Source: a virus. Taken from it: 20,705 nucleotides of DNA. The DNA lies in UHGV virus genome UHGV-1358007; one strand, given 5' to 3'. The position numbers and the translations under genes are program-made. Numbering within the stretch: position 1 is the stretch's first letter; each line of letters starts with the position of its first letter. Positions 10,300 through 17,801 of the stretch are shown here, in pieces. The notes beneath the pieces were generated by a model. It saw only the letters and a list, made by a program, of their open reading frames with translations, did not search any database and was not told where the DNA came from.

Positions 10300-10690
10300 A
10301 CATTTCCATAAATGCCCCCGCAGGGGCGGTTAGTTTCTCCACAAAACAGAGAAGAACACCTGCGGTAGCAGCCGCCCGGATGGATTGGGTTATAAGCCCG
10401 TCGTCCGGTGATGCTCTTCTCTGTTTTGTAAAAAGGGCGATACCAGCCGGAAGCAAGGGTACAAACTGGTACCGCCAAGACTACACACAGCATAAAGTTG
10501 TGGTGCCGGGTGCCTCCCGGTGCCTGGCGAAGGTTGCACACCAGGCGGGTGGGTATCCACAGAAGGTCGACTGTCAGCCTCAACCTTAACCCGCGTGCGC
10601 TGAGCCGCATTCACCACAACGCTAAGGATTCTCTCTGGTTGAAAATACTTAGCTGTTATGTGCCTGCTTTTAGCCACATCAGGCGAGGTG
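10300..10690. other. GC-rich, hairpin-rich, apparently non-coding block (candidate structured RNA or gene remnant)
   Basis: 15-bp perfect inverted repeat acaaaacagagaaga/tcttctctgttttgt (about 10342-10430) around a GC-rich 59-nt loop; further short stems (ccggg/cccgg, cctgg/ccagg); only overlapping ORFs on both strands without RBS. Confidence 0.3.
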
Positions 10691-10696
10691 GACCTA

Positions 10697-10745
10697 GTTA
10701 TTCCCCAACAACAAGGATTCGGTTAATCTGGTTATCCCCAACAAC
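10697..10745 (+). repeat. Two direct repeats GTTAT(T)CCCCAACAAC about 33 bp apart, just upstream of the 10761 gene
   Basis: Seen directly; the repeat contains TTATCCCCA, one mismatch from a DnaA-box consensus TTATCCACA. Confidence 0.55.
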
Positions 10746-10760
10746 GCAAAAGGAAAAGAA

Positions 10761-11195
10761 ATGTCCGGTAATATCTATACGCTGTACAAATCCCACTGTG
10801 AAAATGTTGGAAAGTATCGGGGCATTGAAATCAGTGGGGTAGTGTCATCAGTCGAAATAAGCAAAGTTGAATCAAGGGCAACATTACTTACTCTTTTGGA
10901 CCTTGTCTTACATGAGCACCGGAAGAAATTCGGCACTCCCTATAATCAGTTGAATGGGAAAAAGGCTCTGGTTCACCTTATTCTGATGAAGCATCACTGG
11001 ATGCCAAAACAGATTAATGAGATGAAATTTGATGAACTTCTTCTTTCAATTCAGGATGAACTCACACTTGATAAAATAAGCGTAACCGCCCAGAAATTTT
11101 TAGATTATCGAGACTGGAGATCACAAATTCATCACTTTGATGATTTTGACGAAAATGAATGGGATCCTAATTTGTCTGCACAATATCTAAAGTAA
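10761..11195 (+). CDS. Hypothetical AT-rich protein (144 aa), convergent with the early-left operon; possible moron
   Basis: ORF with aaaggaaaag purine-rich stretch before ATG; followed on the same strand by an intrinsic terminator; no family recognised. Confidence 0.55.
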   Translation: MSGNIYTLYKSHCENVGKYRGIEISGVVSSVEISKVESRATLLTLLDLVLHEHRKKFGTPYNQLNGKKALVHLILMKHHWMPKQINEMKFDELLLSIQDELTLDKISVTAQKFLDYRDWRSQIHHFDDFDENEWDPNLSAQYLK

Positions 11196-11373
11196 CATCC
11201 TGTGATAAAACCGTGATTTCCTGATCCAGTTTTTTTAAGGAGTCTATTGTTTCCTGTCGATAAGACAGCACTTCACGAAGCTGGTTTATAGCTGCCAGCT
11301 TCTTTGTCATCCACTCATAAATTTCCTCATCTGTGTAGCCAGGCGCGACGATTTTGGGTTCTGTTTTGTGCAT
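11167..11373 (-). CDS. Small early-left protein (68 aa from internal ATG; first gene left of the immunity region)
   Basis: gaggag RBS 7 nt upstream of ATG (MHKTEPK...); the ORF track's TTG start 5 codons upstream is less likely. Confidence 0.5.
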   Translation of the reverse strand: MHKTEPKIVAPGYTDEEIYEWMTKKLAAINQLREVLSYRQETIDSLKKLDQEITVLSQDVTLDIVQTN

Positions 11374-11432
11374 TTCACATCTCCTCAAGTTATCAGTTAC
11401 TTGTTGATGGGGACCAGATTGTTAAAGAGCTA

Positions 11433-11456
11433 AGCGTCCTGTAGGGCGCTTTTTTG
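11433..11456 (+). terminator. Rho-independent terminator (stem agcgtcc/gggcgct, loop tgta, then tttttt)
   Basis: Hairpin plus T-tract seen directly; oriented to stop rightward transcription from the 10761 gene before the immunity region. Confidence 0.5.
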
Positions 11457-11620
11457 TTGCTAACGAATCATCCTGGACTTCATATGCCCCAGGCGGCTAC
11501 TTCGTGGGCGTCCTGCCTGTTCGTTATCTTTGATATAAAATCTAACTTAACTTAGTTATTATGGCAAGAGAAAACACCAAACTTTTCTTAGTTCGGTGCC
11601 TTAGTTAGAGAAGAGAGGTC

Positions 11621-12022
11621 TTAGAGTTCGTATTGAACTCCTTTGACTACACCAATGATAAGGCAATTACCATTGATAGGGATGTTGGGATACCGAGGAT
11701 TTAATGGCACTAAAAACTTTTGAGGGCCATCGATGACTAATTTTTTTACTGTAGCTTCGTTTGTTCCATCAAGTCGAGCGATGACTATTTTTCCATGACG
11801 AGGTTCTGCATCTGGATCTACAATCACTGTTGCGCCTTCTGGTATTGTTGGGAGGCCATTAGGGTTAGTCATGGAGTCACCTTTAACCTCTAATGCAAAT
11901 GAGTTATCACCAATCTTTAATGATGTATCTACCCACTTGTCCACTTCACTAAACACTTCTGCTGCCCTGCACTCAGTAAACTGCCCAGCCTGAACCCACG
12001 ATATTACAGGAACTCTGCGCAT
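11621..12022 (-). CDS. cI-type repressor C-terminal S24 peptidase domain only (133 aa); N-terminal HTH domain absent
   Basis: VQAGQF (Ala-Gly cleavage site), GDSM (catalytic Ser) and VKKL (Lys) conserved; aligns to lambda cI residues about 100-236; only 28 in-frame codons upstream before a stop, none a start codon; no SD. Confidence 0.75.
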   Translation of the reverse strand: MRRVPVISWVQAGQFTECRAAEVFSEVDKWVDTSLKIGDNSFALEVKGDSMTNPNGLPTIPEGATVIVDPDAEPRHGKIVIARLDGTNEATVKKLVIDGPQKFLVPLNPRYPNIPINGNCLIIGVVKGVQYEL

Positions 12023-12072
12023 GTTTGTGACGAGTTTGCCTTCAAACTCAGCACCATAAAGAATGTAATCTA

Positions 12073-12101
12073 TTGACGTATTGAAGAACTTCGCTAATAA
12101 T
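12073..12101 (+). promoter_or_regulatory. Candidate pR promoter (-35 ttgacg, 17-bp spacer, -10 aataat) for cro
   Basis: Motifs read directly about 25 nt upstream of cro RBS ggaggg. Confidence 0.4.
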
Positions 12102-12122
12102 AAAACTTAGTTTGGAGGGCGT

Positions 12123-12323
12123 ATGACAACTGACGATATCGAAAGCTACTTCGGCAGTATTGAGAAAGTTGCTGCTTTTTTCGGCATAACAACTGAAGCC
12201 GTTTATCAGTGGCGAAACCGTCCGGGCCAGTTAATTCCAAAAGGACGTGCAGCAGAAGCTGCATATAGAACTTGCGGACGGTTGCCATTTAAACCTGAGC
12301 TTTATGAAAAATCTAATGGATAA
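12123..12323 (+). CDS. cro: Cro-like HTH regulator (66 aa)
   Basis: Small HTH protein (IEKVAAFFGITTEAVYQWRNRPGQLIP) divergent from the repressor gene; RBS ggaggg. Confidence 0.75.
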   Translation: MTTDDIESYFGSIEKVAAFFGITTEAVYQWRNRPGQLIPKGRAAEAAYRTCGRLPFKPELYEKSNG

Positions 12324-12912
12324 ATCGATTAACAGAAACCACAGAACGATGAGGCTAACCGTGGGTAAGCATCACTGGAAAGTAGAAAAACAGCCTGAGT
12401 GGTACGTGAAAGCTGTCAGAAAAACTATCGCAGCGTTGCCGGGTGGTTACGCTGAAGCAGCTGACTGGCTGGATGTAACAGAAAACGCATTATTTAACCG
12501 CCTTCGTGCCGATGGCGATCAGATTTTCCCGCTGGGATGGGCAATGATTTTGCAACGTGCTGGTGGAACTCACTTCATTGCTGACGCTGTGGCGCAGTCT
12601 GCAAATGGCGTCTTTGTGTCTCTTCCTGACGTCGAGGATGTGGACAACGCCGATATTAACCAGCGCCTGCTGGAAGTCATTGAACAGATTGGCAGTTATT
12701 CCAGACAGATTCGTTCGGCAATCGAAGACGGTGTGGTGGAACCGCATGAGAAGACAGCAATTAACGACGAGCTGTATCTCTCAATTTCGAAGCTGCAGGA
12801 GCATGCAGCACTGGTCTACAAAATCTTTTGCATTTCAGAAAGTAATGACGCCCGCGAGTGTGCAGCTCCGGGCGCCGTGGCGTGTCGTGACTGTGGAGAA
12901 ACTAACGCATGA
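12304..12912 (+). CDS. Hypothetical regulatory protein in the cII position (about 202 aa); start uncertain (12247, 12304 or 12316)
   Basis: ORF directly after cro on the early-right strand; no strong SD at any candidate start. Confidence 0.55.
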   Translation: MKNLMDKSINRNHRTMRLTVGKHHWKVEKQPEWYVKAVRKTIAALPGGYAEAADWLDVTENALFNRLRADGDQIFPLGWAMILQRAGGTHFIADAVAQSANGVFVSLPDVEDVDNADINQRLLEVIEQIGSYSRQIRSAIEDGVVEPHEKTAINDELYLSISKLQEHAALVYKIFCISESNDARECAAPGAVACRDCGETNA

Positions 12913-13247
12913 ACAGTTTAACAACACACTACCGTCGCTCGCAACTGATTGCGCTTCCTGTACCGGGTGGAAAAGCGAAGGTGGAGTATTGCTATGCAGT
13001 TAATGTACCAGGTGACAGGGAAATTGTAACCCACAGCTTTGCTGAGTGGGCTGTGGGTGATTTCAACCGGCAGAAGGAGACAGTCCTTTGCGACAAGTTA
13101 ACCGCTGGTTCAAAGATCACTACGGAGTGCCCGTCAGAGTCATTCGTTGGGAGCCGGAAACACAACGGGTTATCTACCTCCGTGAAGGCTATGAGCATGA
13201 GTGCTTCAGCCCGCTCGAACAGTTTCGTCGTAAATTCAGGAAAATAG
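12909..13247 (+). CDS. Hypothetical protein (112 aa)
   Basis: ATGA overlap with upstream gene, same strand as the operon; no recognisable motifs. Confidence 0.4.
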   Translation: MNSLTTHYRRSQLIALPVPGGKAKVEYCYAVNVPGDREIVTHSFAEWAVGDFNRQKETVLCDKLTAGSKITTECPSESFVGSRKHNGLSTSVKAMSMSASARSNSFVVNSGK

Positions 13248-13256
13248 AGGTCGGTC

Positions 13257-14198
13257 ATGAGCACTAAATTAACCGGCTATGTATGGGATGGTTGTGCTGC
13301 GTCAGGCATGAAATTATCCAGCGTGGCAATTATGGCCCGCCTGGCTGATTTCAGTAATGACGAAGGTGTGTGCTGGCCATCAATTGAAACTATTGCCCGT
13401 CAGATTGGTGCGGGGATGAGTACCGTCAGAACGGCTATCGCACGGCTGGAAGCAGAAGGCTGGTTAACGCGTAAGGCGCGTCGCCAGGGTAACCGCAATG
13501 CGTCGAATGTTTATCAGCTTAACGTTGCGAAGCTTCAGGCAGCGGCATTTTCTCAACTGTCAGATTCTGACCCGTCAAAATCTGACGCATCAAAATCTGA
13601 CACGTCAAAATTTGATGCGTCGAAATCTGGCAAAAAAGCGGGTTTTCACCCGTCAGAATCTGGCGGGGATCCGTCAGTAAAATCAAAACATGATCCGTCA
13701 GATAAAAAACCTTCTCGTCCGGACGCTTCGCAACCGGACACGCAGACGGCTGAACAGGATTTTTTAACTCGCCATCCTGATGCGGTTGTATTCAGCCCTA
13801 AAAAGCGCCAGTGGGGAACGCAGGATGATTTGACCTGCGCACAGTGGCTCTGGAAAAAAATCATTGCCCTGTACGAGCAGGCCGCCGAATGTGACGGCGA
13901 GGTGGTTCGTCCCAAAGAACCGAACTGGACAGCCTGGGCAAACGAAATTCGCCTGATGTGTGTGCAGGATGGTCGTACTCACAAACAAATCTGCGAGATG
14001 TACAGCCGCGTCAGCCGCGATCCGTTCTGGTGCCGTAACGTGCTCAGCCCGTCGAAGTTGCGGGAAAAATGGGATGAGCTTTCCCTGCGCTTATCGCCGT
14101 CCGTCAGCACGCACACAGAAAAACGTGAAGACCCGTACTTCAAAGCCAGTTACGACAACGTGGACTACAGCCAGATCCCGGCAGGATTCAGGGGGTGA
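13257..14198 (+). CDS. Replication initiation protein (O-like; N-terminal winged-helix, internal iteron-encoding linker)
   Basis: RBS agagg; N-terminal ...SIETIARQIGAGMSTVRTAIARLEAEGWL... HTH; Ser/Asp/Lys-rich linker encoded by direct DNA repeats; replication-gene position. Confidence 0.75.
   Translation: MSTKLTGYVWDGCAASGMKLSSVAIMARLADFSNDEGVCWPSIETIARQIGAGMSTVRTAIARLEAEGWLTRKARRQGNRNASNVYQLNVAKLQAAAFSQLSDSDPSKSDASKSDTSKFDASKSGKKAGFHPSESGGDPSVKSKHDPSDKKPSRPDASQPDTQTAEQDFLTRHPDAVVFSPKKRQWGTQDDLTCAQWLWKKIIALYEQAAECDGEVVRPKEPNWTAWANEIRLMCVQDGRTHKQICEMYSRVSRDPFWCRNVLSPSKLREKWDELSLRLSPSVSTHTEKREDPYFKASYDNVDYSQIPAGFRG
13561..13700. repeat. Iteron-like direct repeats (candidate replication origin) inside the initiator gene
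   Basis: Repeated 15-16 bp units cgtcaaaatctgac(g/a), ccgtcagaatctgg, tccgtcagtaaaatc, tccgtcagataaaaaac; units partly palindromic (cgtca...tgacg). Confidence 0.5.
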
Positions 14199-14689
14199 TC
14201 ATGAGTCTTTTGAATGACGTTCAGAAATTCATTGAAGCCCATCCGGGCTGTACTTCCGGAGACATTGCGGATGCTTTTGCAGGTTACTCACGGCAGCGCG
14301 TTCTGCAGTCTGTAAGCAAGTTACGTCAGAGTGGGCGTGTGGCTCACCGTTGTGAAGGAGATACACGCAGACATTTCCCGCGCCTGACTGAGAGAGCGCA
14401 GGAGCCGGAACCACAACCAGTTCGTGAAACCAGACCTGTGCGCAATTTCTATGTCGGCACTAACGAGCCCCGGGTGATTTTGTGCCTGACCCGCCAGGCT
14501 GAAGAACTGGAGTCAAGGGGCTTATACCGTCGTGCTGCAACCGTGTGGATGGCGGCATTCCGTGAAAGCCACTCCCAGCCAGAACGAAACAATTTTCTGG
14601 CGCGTCGTGAGCAGTGCTTACAGAAAAGCAGCAAGCGCGCTGCATCGGGTGAAGAGTGGTATCTGTCAGGGAATTACGTGGGGGCGTAA
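14195..14689 (+). CDS. Hypothetical regulator with PerC-like C-terminal motif (164 aa)
   Basis: GTG start overlapping upstream stop; motif AEELESRGLYRRAATVWMAAF resembles the PerC/Pch activator family (from memory). Confidence 0.55.
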   Translation: MIMSLLNDVQKFIEAHPGCTSGDIADAFAGYSRQRVLQSVSKLRQSGRVAHRCEGDTRRHFPRLTERAQEPEPQPVRETRPVRNFYVGTNEPRVILCLTRQAEELESRGLYRRAATVWMAAFRESHSQPERNNFLARREQCLQKSSKRAASGEEWYLSGNYVGA

Positions 14690-15015
14690 TGACGACGTTA
14701 ACTCAATGCCAGCAGCAGGTGCTGGATATGCTGATTTCTTATCAGAAAGAGCGTGGCTTTCCGCCAACCAATCAGGAGGTGGCAACCATGCTGGGATACC
14801 GTTCAGTGAATGCAGCTGTGGAGCACCTCCGCGCACTGGAGAAAAAAGGCGTCATCACGATAAAGCGTGGCGTGGCCCGGGGTATCACTCTTCATACCGC
14901 GGTGAAGGACGACGACAGCGAGGCGGTCGGGATTATCCGCTCACTGCTTGCCGGTGAGGAAAACGCCAGGCTGCGTGCAGCCCACTGGTTACATGAGAGG
15001 GGCCTGAAAGTATGA
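14689..15015 (+). CDS. LexA N-terminal DNA-binding-domain-like protein without S24 peptidase domain (108 aa)
   Basis: LTQCQQQVLDMLISYQKERGFPPTNQEVATMLGYRSVNAAVEHLRALEKKGVITIKRGVARGITL aligns position-by-position with E. coli LexA residues about 4-70; TAATG coupled start. Confidence 0.75.
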   Translation: MTTLTQCQQQVLDMLISYQKERGFPPTNQEVATMLGYRSVNAAVEHLRALEKKGVITIKRGVARGITLHTAVKDDDSEAVGIIRSLLAGEENARLRAAHWLHERGLKV

Positions 15016-15401
15016 AATTGATCCTGCCTTTTCCGCCCAGCGTGAACACGTACTGGCGACACCCCAATAAAGGGGCGCTTGCAGGTAAGAGCCTGATAAG
15101 CGCGGCGGGGCGAAAATTCCAGAGCGCAGCGTGTGCAGCCATCATTGAGCAGTTACGTCGTTTGCCGAAACCAACGTCGGCACCAGCTTCAGTGGAGATC
15201 GTGTTGTTTCCTCCGGATAACCGGATCCGCGATCTGGACAACTATAACAAGGCGCTGTTTGACGCCCTGACCCACGCGGGTGTGTGGGAAGACGACAGCC
15301 AGGTGAAAAGAATGCTGGTGGAGTGGGGACCGGTTATCCAGAAAGGGAAGGTCGAGATCACTATCAGTAAGTATGAGAAACCGGCGGGTGCAGCCGCCTG
15401 A
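15012..15401 (+). CDS. rusA: RusA-family Holliday junction resolvase (129 aa)
   Basis: LPFPPSVNTYWRH ... RIRDLDNYNKALFDALTHAGVWEDDSQV, matching RusA hallmark motifs; ATGA overlap with upstream gene. Confidence 0.9.
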   Translation: MKLILPFPPSVNTYWRHPNKGALAGKSLISAAGRKFQSAACAAIIEQLRRLPKPTSAPASVEIVLFPPDNRIRDLDNYNKALFDALTHAGVWEDDSQVKRMLVEWGPVIQKGKVEITISKYEKPAGAAA

Positions 15402-15420
15402 TTAAGAGGAGAAACGAAGT

Positions 15421-16220
15421 ATGAATAATCTGATGGTCATTGATGGTATTGAAGTTCGTCGTGATGCTTATGGGCGTTACAGCCTGAACGATCTGCACAG
15501 GGCAGCCGGGGGAGAACAACGAAATACTGGCTCTCCAATAAGCAAACCTGTGAATTGATTGAACAACTTTTCACCGAGGGTGGAATTCCGCCTCTGGAAC
15601 AAAATCAACCAGTTAGCGTCATTAATGGCGGAAATAACCAGGGGACGTATGTCTGCAAAGAACTGGTGTATGCCTATGCAATGTGGATCAGCCCGTCATT
15701 CCATCTGAAGGTGATCCGTACTTTCGATATGGTAACCAGCGTACCGGAAAAATTATCCGGGCAGGCTGCTGACAAGATGCAGGCTGGCGTGATTCTGCTG
15801 GACTTTATGCGCCGGGAGTTAAACCTGTCTAACTCATCTGTGCTTGGGGCCTGTCAGAAACTCCAGGAGGCTGTTGGCTTACCGAATCTGGCACCACGCT
15901 ATGCCATTGATGCTCCTGCTGACGCGCCTGATGGCTCAAGTCGCCCTACGCTGTCGCTGAGTGCACTGCTGAAACAGTATGGTATCCGCCTGACAGCTAA
16001 TCAGGTATATCACCAGATGGCGAAGCTGGGGATCGTCGAGCAGCGCGAACGATACAGCCGTACCGCGATTAACAACATCAAAAAATTCTGGTCGCTGACA
16101 GCGAAAGGCTGCATGTTCGGCAAGAACATCACCAGTCCCGCAAATCCGCGCGAGACGCAGCCGCATTTCTTCGAATCCCGATTCCCTGAGCTGTTAAAGC
16201 TGCTCGATACCGTACATTGA
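15421..16220 (+). pseudogene. KilA-N/KilAC antirepressor-like gene interrupted by a frameshift near 15540-15555 (or sequencing error)
   Basis: Short ORF from ATG about 15421 with strong RBS aggag encodes MNNLMVIDGIEVRRDAYGRYSLNDLHRAAGG (KilA-N N-terminus) and stops after about 43-45 codons; the rest of the domain (GTYVCKELVYAYAMWISPSFHLKVI) continues in ORF 15555..16220, which has a TTG start and no RBS. Confidence 0.5.
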
Positions 16221-16221
16221 G

Positions 16222-17217
16222 GTGACCGTGAGAGCACTATTGACCCCTGAAATTGCCCCGCGTATGGGGATCGTATTGTTCAGACCAGGTTCAGAGCTGA
16301 TGCCCCTGTTTATGCAGGGGCGTATCCTGCTGGAGCCTGAGCCGGAACGTTATTCATCTTTCGCCAGTGGTGCCGTTCCGGCGGCATCACAACCGCTGGC
16401 GGATGATCCTGCCGTTCGGGCCGTGTTCCGCAATGAGGCAGTGATCCGTCGTGCTGGTGGCGTGGAATGTCTTGAAAGCTGGTTACTTCGTGAAAAAGGC
16501 TGCCAGTGGCCTCATTCCGACTGGCACAGCGAGAACATGACCACAATGCGACACGCTCCGGGTGCAATCCGTCTGTGCTGGCACTGCGATAACCAGCTGC
16601 GCGATCAGTTCACGGAACGGCTGGAATCAATGGCAACGGATAACTGTGCCCGCTGGGTGTTGTCTGTTGTGCGTCGGGATCTCGGTTTTGATGACAGTCA
16701 CGTTGTGACAATGCCGGAACTGTGCTGGTGGCTGATTCGTAATGATCTGGCGGATGCCTTACCGGAAAGTGCAGCCCGTAAGGCACTGAGATTACCGAAG
16801 CCTGTTGTGCCGTCTGTTACCCGGGAAAGTGACCTTGTGCCTTCGGTTCCTGCCACCAGCATCATCCAGGATAAGGCGAAAAAGGTGCTGGCGCTGAAAG
16901 TGGATCCGGAGTCGCCGGAGTCTTTTATGTTACGCCCAAAACGTCGCCGCTGGGTTAATGAAAAGTACACGCGCTGGGTTAAGACACAGCCGTGTGCATG
17001 TTGTGGAAAGCCCGCTGATGATCCCCACCACCTGATAGGTCACGGTCAGGGTGGAATGGGAACAAAAGCGCATGACCTTTTTGTGTTGCCTTTGTGCAGA
17101 AAGCATCACGACGAGCTGCATGCAGATACCGTGGCATTTGAAGAGAAGTATGGCTCCCAACTGGAGCTGATATTTCGTTTTATCGATCGTGTGCTGGCAA
17201 TTGGCGTACTGGCCTGA
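16222..17217 (+). CDS. Nin-region protein with C-terminal HNH-like Cys/His motif (DUF968/YdfU-like), 331 aa
   Basis: C-terminal CACCGKPADDPHHLIGHGQGG...CRKHHDELH; GTG start 1 nt after upstream stop. Confidence 0.7.
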   Translation: MTVRALLTPEIAPRMGIVLFRPGSELMPLFMQGRILLEPEPERYSSFASGAVPAASQPLADDPAVRAVFRNEAVIRRAGGVECLESWLLREKGCQWPHSDWHSENMTTMRHAPGAIRLCWHCDNQLRDQFTERLESMATDNCARWVLSVVRRDLGFDDSHVVTMPELCWWLIRNDLADALPESAARKALRLPKPVVPSVTRESDLVPSVPATSIIQDKAKKVLALKVDPESPESFMLRPKRRRWVNEKYTRWVKTQPCACCGKPADDPHHLIGHGQGGMGTKAHDLFVLPLCRKHHDELHADTVAFEEKYGSQLELIFRFIDRVLAIGVLA

Positions 17218-17234
17218 TTTTGTGGAGAAAGTTG

Positions 17235-17597
17235 ATGCGTGATATTCAAATGGTTCTGGATCGTTGGGGAGCATGGGCGGCGAGTGATAGTTCAGGAGTT
17301 GACTATTCTCCTATAGCTGCTGGGTTTAAAGGGCTTCTTCCCTATACAAGCAAAACACGTCAGGCTTGTTCAGATAGTGATGCATTAATTCTTGAAGGTT
17401 GTCTTGCTCGTCTAAAGCAAAAAAGGCCGGACGAACATTCGCTTCTTGTTGCCCATTACCTATTCGGTATCTCTAAAAGAAAGCTCGCCAAGGCTCGTAA
17501 AAAGGATGAGAAATTAATACGCATTGAGATACAGATGGCTGAGGGATTTATCGATGGTTGCCTTAGTATGCTCGATATACGTTTAGAATGTGAATAG
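17235..17597 (+). CDS. Q: Late antiterminator Q (short phage-82/DLP12 QuuD-type, about 120 aa)
   Basis: MRDIQMVLDRWGAWAA... resembles QuuD as I remember it; RBS ggagaaag before ATG at 17235; lies upstream of the lysis cassette. Confidence 0.8.
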   Translation: MRDIQMVLDRWGAWAASDSSGVDYSPIAAGFKGLLPYTSKTRQACSDSDALILEGCLARLKQKRPDEHSLLVAHYLFGISKRKLAKARKKDEKLIRIEIQMAEGFIDGCLSMLDIRLECE

Positions 17598-17603
17598 ATA
17601 CAA

Positions 17604-17631
17604 CAACGGCTCTTAGAGAGCCGTTGTTTTT
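17604..17631 (+). terminator. Rho-independent terminator just downstream of Q (stem caacggctc/gagccgttg, loop ttaga, T-tract)
   Basis: 9-bp perfect stem and ttttt tract read directly. Confidence 0.5.
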
Positions 17632-17801
17632 AGAAACTGTTTTTTATGACTGAACCTGTGGTGCAACTTAAAAAGTTACTGTAGCCATTGACGCCATTGT
17701 TGCTTGTTTTTTGAGCAGTGGATGGAATGCTTGCTGGCTTAGGCGCAGCTGTAGTTGTATGCCTGTTAGTATAGACTACAAAGTTACCTGTAGATGATTT
17801 G

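Noticed and set aside
10336-10434. Retron msr/msd, suggested by the long perfect inverted repeat
   Set aside because: No reverse transcriptase ORF anywhere nearby, and no recognisable a1/a2 flanking repeats.
10697-10745. Type III toxin-antitoxin antitoxin RNA repeats (ToxI-like) upstream of the 144-aa ORF
   Set aside because: Only two copies, no terminator between the repeats and the ORF, and the ORF does not resemble ToxN/AbiQ endoribonucleases.
10272-10842. Overlapping ORFs inside the GC-rich block (10272..10610 -, 10390..10677 -, 10380..10589 +, 10498..10842 +)
   Set aside because: They overlap each other on both strands, lack RBS, and have low-complexity Arg/Pro/Gly-rich translations typical of GC-rich non-coding DNA.
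12094-12288. 64-aa ORF antisense to cro
   Set aside because: Entirely overlaps the well-supported cro gene and promoter region on the opposite strand; no RBS.
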